Source of the DNA: Dehalococcoidia bacterium
GTDB taxonomy: Bacteria > Chloroflexota > Dehalococcoidia > UBA6926
Reading direction: 5' to 3'
NCBI GenBank assembly: GCA_965219405.1
Contig: OZ244736.1
Location: 1,354,064 to 1,418,063, forward strand
DNA: 64,000 bases
Part shown: in pieces, positions 60,433-64,000 of the stretch
Layout of the letters: each line of letters opens with the position of its first letter
Numbering within the stretch: position 1 is the stretch's first letter
The notes under the pieces: generated by a model
Seen by the model: the letters and a program-made list of their open reading frames with translations, nothing else
The model's database searches: none
Told to the model about the DNA's origin: nothing
Translations under genes and position numbers: made by a program

Positions 60433-60608
60433 CGTTTTCTCCTTCCTCAATCTCGCTCAATGACGTGTTTGGTTTCCAGGGTACTTCAGGGACATGGGCC
60501 CGATTAAGAACTGCCGATGAAGGGGATACCGACGAGTTCGCGGTTATTGTCGTCCGCATTGTCGTTAATCTCTAGTAAGGTCGTCGGTCACGTTCGATTC
60601 GACCGCAA

Positions 60609-61799
60609 TCACCACTGGTCGGACTCTTCCGCGTAAACGTGATCTGGCAAATTGTATTTGATTCCGTCTGCGTCGAACGTTGACGTTTCGAGCAGAGCTG
60701 TGAATCTCGAGTAACTGCTGTTCTCGTTGCGACCGGGCATCAGCTTGCGAATAATATTGCCATAACGCTGCTGCATCCTGAACCACCAGATGGCTCCAAA
60801 TGAGGAGACTGACGGGTACATAAGTTCATCGGCCTGCTGTTTTCCGATTAGACCACGGGAAACACGGTACACATATTGAGCCAGGTGCTGGCGGTCGGCC
60901 GGCTCGGTCTTGCCGGCGATTAATGGCGCGGAGTTAACCAAAGAATGTGCCATCACAATCGACTCAATTGGAACTTCGGGTTCGCACATGTGCCCAATAT
61001 CATACAGTCTCAGGGCTTCATCGCCATCGTGGAAGAGGATGCTCTCAGGGATGCCCATCAGGTAACCGGTGTAACGCCAAACGGCCATGAAGCTGTTGTA
61101 CTCCACATCGTTGTACTGCGCGCCCAGGGTTTTCATGTGTTTCAGTAGTCGTGCAGAGAAGGCAGACACGGCGTAGCCCAGGTGCGCGCCGCTGACCGGC
61201 AACCCCCACGCGTCATATTCCCACTCGTCTGAATTGAGAAGGAGGTGTCTTATCTGGGCGTGAACGATTCTGATACGAACCGAGAGTTTCCAGCCGTCGC
61301 CATGCCTGTACAGACCGCCCGGAAGGAATATCTCCGTCATATGGCGGTTATTCTGCCCCAGACGCCTCCTGCCCTGGTCACGCACGCGGCCGGTGATGAA
61401 AAAGGATTTTGCAATATTTGTTGTGAATCCCTCAATCAGTACGCCTGCGACGAATGCAGCCAGGATTACCGACGAATTCCTGTGAAACATACGGACGCCC
61501 GGGGCAAAATCCGCATAATCGAGCCATTCCGGCAGCTTCTCCGCGTCCTCGAAGAATGCGTGCAGCGAGGCGGGCGCGTTTTTGAGAGCATCCTCACCCT
61601 GTTGATCCATCGCTGCCTGGAGGAGTCGCCTTGATTCTCCCGGCTCAAGCTCCGCGAGATCCCGCGCCATCGCCTCGCCCAGAGGATCCCCAATGTGGGT
61701 GTGCGCCAGGTAGTTGTCCGCAATGTCAGGCGCAACCTTGCGGGCCTTTTCATAACCTGCTGTGTAGTCAGTCGGTATGGTCAAAGTTGTTGTATTCAA
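60609..61799 (-). CDS. oxygenase MpaB family (DUF2236) protein
   Basis: 396 aa. Resembles DUF2236/MpaB (..RIVHAQIR.. region). Family call is tentative. Confidence 0.45.
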   Translation of the reverse strand: MNTTTLTIPTDYTAGYEKARKVAPDIADNYLAHTHIGDPLGEAMARDLAELEPGESRRLLQAAMDQQGEDALKNAPASLHAFFEDAEKLPEWLDYADFAPGVRMFHRNSSVILAAFVAGVLIEGFTTNIAKSFFITGRVRDQGRRRLGQNNRHMTEIFLPGGLYRHGDGWKLSVRIRIVHAQIRHLLLNSDEWEYDAWGLPVSGAHLGYAVSAFSARLLKHMKTLGAQYNDVEYNSFMAVWRYTGYLMGIPESILFHDGDEALRLYDIGHMCEPEVPIESIVMAHSLVNSAPLIAGKTEPADRQHLAQYVYRVSRGLIGKQQADELMYPSVSSFGAIWWFRMQQRYGNIIRKLMPGRNENSSYSRFTALLETSTFDADGIKYNLPDHVYAEESDQW

Positions 61800-61840
61800 A
61801 GTTTCCTACCGAAACCGCATGCCCTACCAGTATATGACTC

Positions 61841-64000
61841 TTATCGTTCTTGTGCTTCTACCTGCAGACTGGGTAGCCAGTTCAGCCAGGATGGCAAGTA
61901 CCAGTTTCGCTCTCCAAGTAGCTGCATACTGGCAGGAACGAGGATACTTCGCACCAGGGTTGCATCGAGCAAGACCGCTATTGCAAGCCCGAATCCTGCC
62001 TGTTGGTTAATAACCATGTCACCGGAGGCGAAGCCGCTAAACACGGCGACCATGATGAGCGCCGCGCCGGTGATGAGGCTGGACGTCGAGCGAAGACCGT
62101 ATGCCACGGACTCAGCATTGTCGTGCGTCTGATCGTGACGCTCACGGATGCGGCTGAGCATGAAGACGTGGTAGTCCATCGACAGGCCAAAGAGAATGGC
62201 GAAGAGCACCAGCGGCAGCCATGCCTCTATCGTTTCGATCTGCTGGAATCCGAAGAGGTCCGCGCCAACGCCCTCCTGGAAGACGAGCACCATCAACCCA
62301 TAGGCGGCGCCCACCGAGAGCAGGTTCATGATGATGGCCTTGATGGGGATGACAATGGACCGGAAAACGATCAGGAGAAGGACGAAACTCACGCCAAGGA
62401 TGAATGCAATGATGATGGGCAGATACGTCGAAAGCCCCTCGTTGAAGTCCAGGTAATCGGCCGATATGCCGCCCACGTAGGCCTGCGCCGAAATGCCGTC
62501 GAACGCGGCGGGAACGTAGTCGTCTCGCAGCTTGTTTATCAGGGCAAAGGCTTCCTCGCCACTCGGAGCGCCGGACACCGGCACGGCAATGATCGTCAGG
62601 CTGCCATGAGTCACCGGCGGGAGGGCGACGATTTCCGGGTCATTGGCGATCAACTGCATCAACTGTTGGATGCCTGCGGCCACCGCCGGATCGGTCGTGT
62701 CGCCGTCGATAACGATCCTCGCCGGGTTGGCGGAGCCGTATCCGAGGAGGAAGTCCTCTTCCAGCGCGGTGAACGCCTCACGCGTATGCGAATCTTCCGG
62801 GAACGTCTCTACGCTGTTGAAGCCCGTGTTGATGCCGAAGTAGGAAACCGATGCCGCCAGCATCAGTCCGCCAACGACGAGAATACTGACAATGGGGAAT
62901 CGCATCGTTACGCGCGTTATGCGCTCCCAGAATCCGTCGTGATGCTCCTCGGAATCCCCCGCTGTCGTCCTTCGGAGGAACGGGACTCGGAAACGATCCA
63001 CACGCGGTCCAAGCAAGACCAGGACGGCAGGGAGCAGGGTGAGGGTTGCTATAACCGAGACAAGAACCACGGTGACTGCGCCCAGGGCTGTTGCAAGAAA
63101 CAACGTGTGTGGAACGAAGAACACACCGAGGAGAGCAATAATCACCGTCATACCGCTGAAGAACACGGTCCGGCTGGCTGTGGCTCCTGCCTTGATGACC
63201 GCGTCTCTCGTGCTCAGTCCCCGCGCCAGTTCTTCACGGAAACGGGACACCACGAACAGGCAGTAGTCGATTCCCACCGCAAGACCGATCATCGTTATCC
63301 AGAGCAAGACGAAGAAGACCAGTTCTCCAAAGACGTTGCCGATAACTGCCACGATGGCCAGCGTAATGAGAATCGAAACGACGGCCAGGCCGATAGGAAT
63401 CAGGGCCGCTACGACTGCGCCAAAGAGTACGAGCAGGATGAGGAGCGCCACCGGGACGCCGATTCGTTCGCCCTGTTCAAGGTCCATCGCGGACAGTTCC
63501 GCTTGCTCGTATCGACTGCTGGCGTCTCCAACGATTAGCACGCGGAATCCGTCCTGGTTGTCCGCCTCCTCTACGACGTGGATGACCTCCTCGACGTTCT
63601 CGAGCGCTTCCCCGATTGAGCCATTGAGGCGGAGGCCGACTATTGCGCTTCTGCGGTCCGACGAGACCAGCGCGAGAGATTCCAAAGGATTGTTGGCGAG
63701 AACTTCGTAGTAGTTCGCCCCGTCCATGATGATCTCCGGCCCCAGGGCGCGGAGGTCGCCGGTTACTTCTTCGACTTTCGCCTGAAATGCCGGATCGTCT
63801 ACAGACAAACTTTCGGACTGAATGATGATGATTTCAGCGGGTGGAGGCTCGATGGGGCTGCCTTCCAGCAACCGGTTGGCCTCTACCGAATCAACTTCAG
63901 TGAACCTGGGGATCAATTGGAGTTCTGTGGTGGTGGCGGTTGGAAGCAGTTGTCCAACGATTCCGAGAGCAATCACAACCGCCAGGAGCCATATGCCGAT
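61841..64000 (-). CDS. MMPL family (RND superfamily) transporter, N-terminus beyond window end
   Basis: More than 719 aa. 12-TM RND/MMPL architecture with two periplasmic loops. The reading frame stays open to the window edge. Confidence 0.7.
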   Translation of the reverse strand: MGIWLLAVVIALGIVGQLLPTATTTELQLIPRFTEVDSVEANRLLEGSPIEPPPAEIIIIQSESLSVDDPAFQAKVEEVTGDLRALGPEIIMDGANYYEVLANNPLESLALVSSDRRSAIVGLRLNGSIGEALENVEEVIHVVEEADNQDGFRVLIVGDASSRYEQAELSAMDLEQGERIGVPVALLILLVLFGAVVAALIPIGLAVVSILITLAIVAVIGNVFGELVFFVLLWITMIGLAVGIDYCLFVVSRFREELARGLSTRDAVIKAGATASRTVFFSGMTVIIALLGVFFVPHTLFLATALGAVTVVLVSVIATLTLLPAVLVLLGPRVDRFRVPFLRRTTAGDSEEHHDGFWERITRVTMRFPIVSILVVGGLMLAASVSYFGINTGFNSVETFPEDSHTREAFTALEEDFLLGYGSANPARIVIDGDTTDPAVAAGIQQLMQLIANDPEIVALPPVTHGSLTIIAVPVSGAPSGEEAFALINKLRDDYVPAAFDGISAQAYVGGISADYLDFNEGLSTYLPIIIAFILGVSFVLLLIVFRSIVIPIKAIIMNLLSVGAAYGLMVLVFQEGVGADLFGFQQIETIEAWLPLVLFAILFGLSMDYHVFMLSRIRERHDQTHDNAESVAYGLRSTSSLITGAALIMVAVFSGFASGDMVINQQAGFGLAIAVLLDATLVRSILVPASMQLLGERNWYLPSWLNWLPSLQVEAQER

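Noticed and set aside
60535-60608. tRNA-like features (GTTCGATTC T-loop-like string and a ...CACCA end)
   Set aside because: No acceptable cloverleaf. The acceptor stem would leave an 8-nt 3' tail, the T-stem spacing is wrong, and no D-arm is present. Judged a chance match.

Overview
This is a 64 kb, high-GC (about 63-65 % by eye) bacterial chromosomal segment, densely coding on both strands. Most of it is housekeeping: priA, rpsO-pnp, dapB-asd-yggS-dapA, purA, prs, a pyrB-like gene, secA, pyrF, hflKC, etfBA, fusA-like, tgt, thrC, moaA/moaC, rdgB, thyX. The gene content (ThyX, archaeal-type FBP aldolase/phosphatase, type-2 PyrF, mycoredoxin-like Grx, EtfD-like Fe-S reductase, many acidic secreted proteins) suggests a Chloroflexota-like or related Terrabacteria lineage; this is inference only. 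I found no rRNA, tRNA, CRISPR array, transposase or integrase. The less ordinary content is as follows.
- A ThiS/MoaD-like sulfur carrier, a standalone NIL-domain protein and a zinc-ribbon-bearing ThrC-like PLP enzyme form a minus-strand cluster. This may be a protein-thiocarboxylate-dependent sulfur amino-acid pathway, and I rank it highest.
- A ChlI/MoxR-like AAA+ ATPase is paired with a 681-aa coiled-coil VWA protein of unknown function.
- etfBA sit divergently from an EtfD-like membrane-bound (NarI-like TM + 2x[4Fe-4S] + CCG) oxidoreductase.
- A secreted lipoprotein carries two tandem sCache_2-like sensor domains and a 12-aa tandem repeat, with no output domain.
- There are two toxin-antitoxin modules: an intact VapBC pair, and a BrnA-like antitoxin whose BrnT-like toxin appears truncated.
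- A standalone PaREP1/HEPN-family protein is present.
- An MMPL - MpaB/DUF2236 oxygenase - small membrane protein operon lies at the 3' end of the window.
- ZnuA-like and polar amino-acid substrate-binding proteins occur without cognate permease or ATPase genes nearby.
- PNPase has an unusual RG/RD/P-rich C-terminal tail.
- Several strong intrinsic terminators and a near-consensus sigma70 promoter for etfB are visible.
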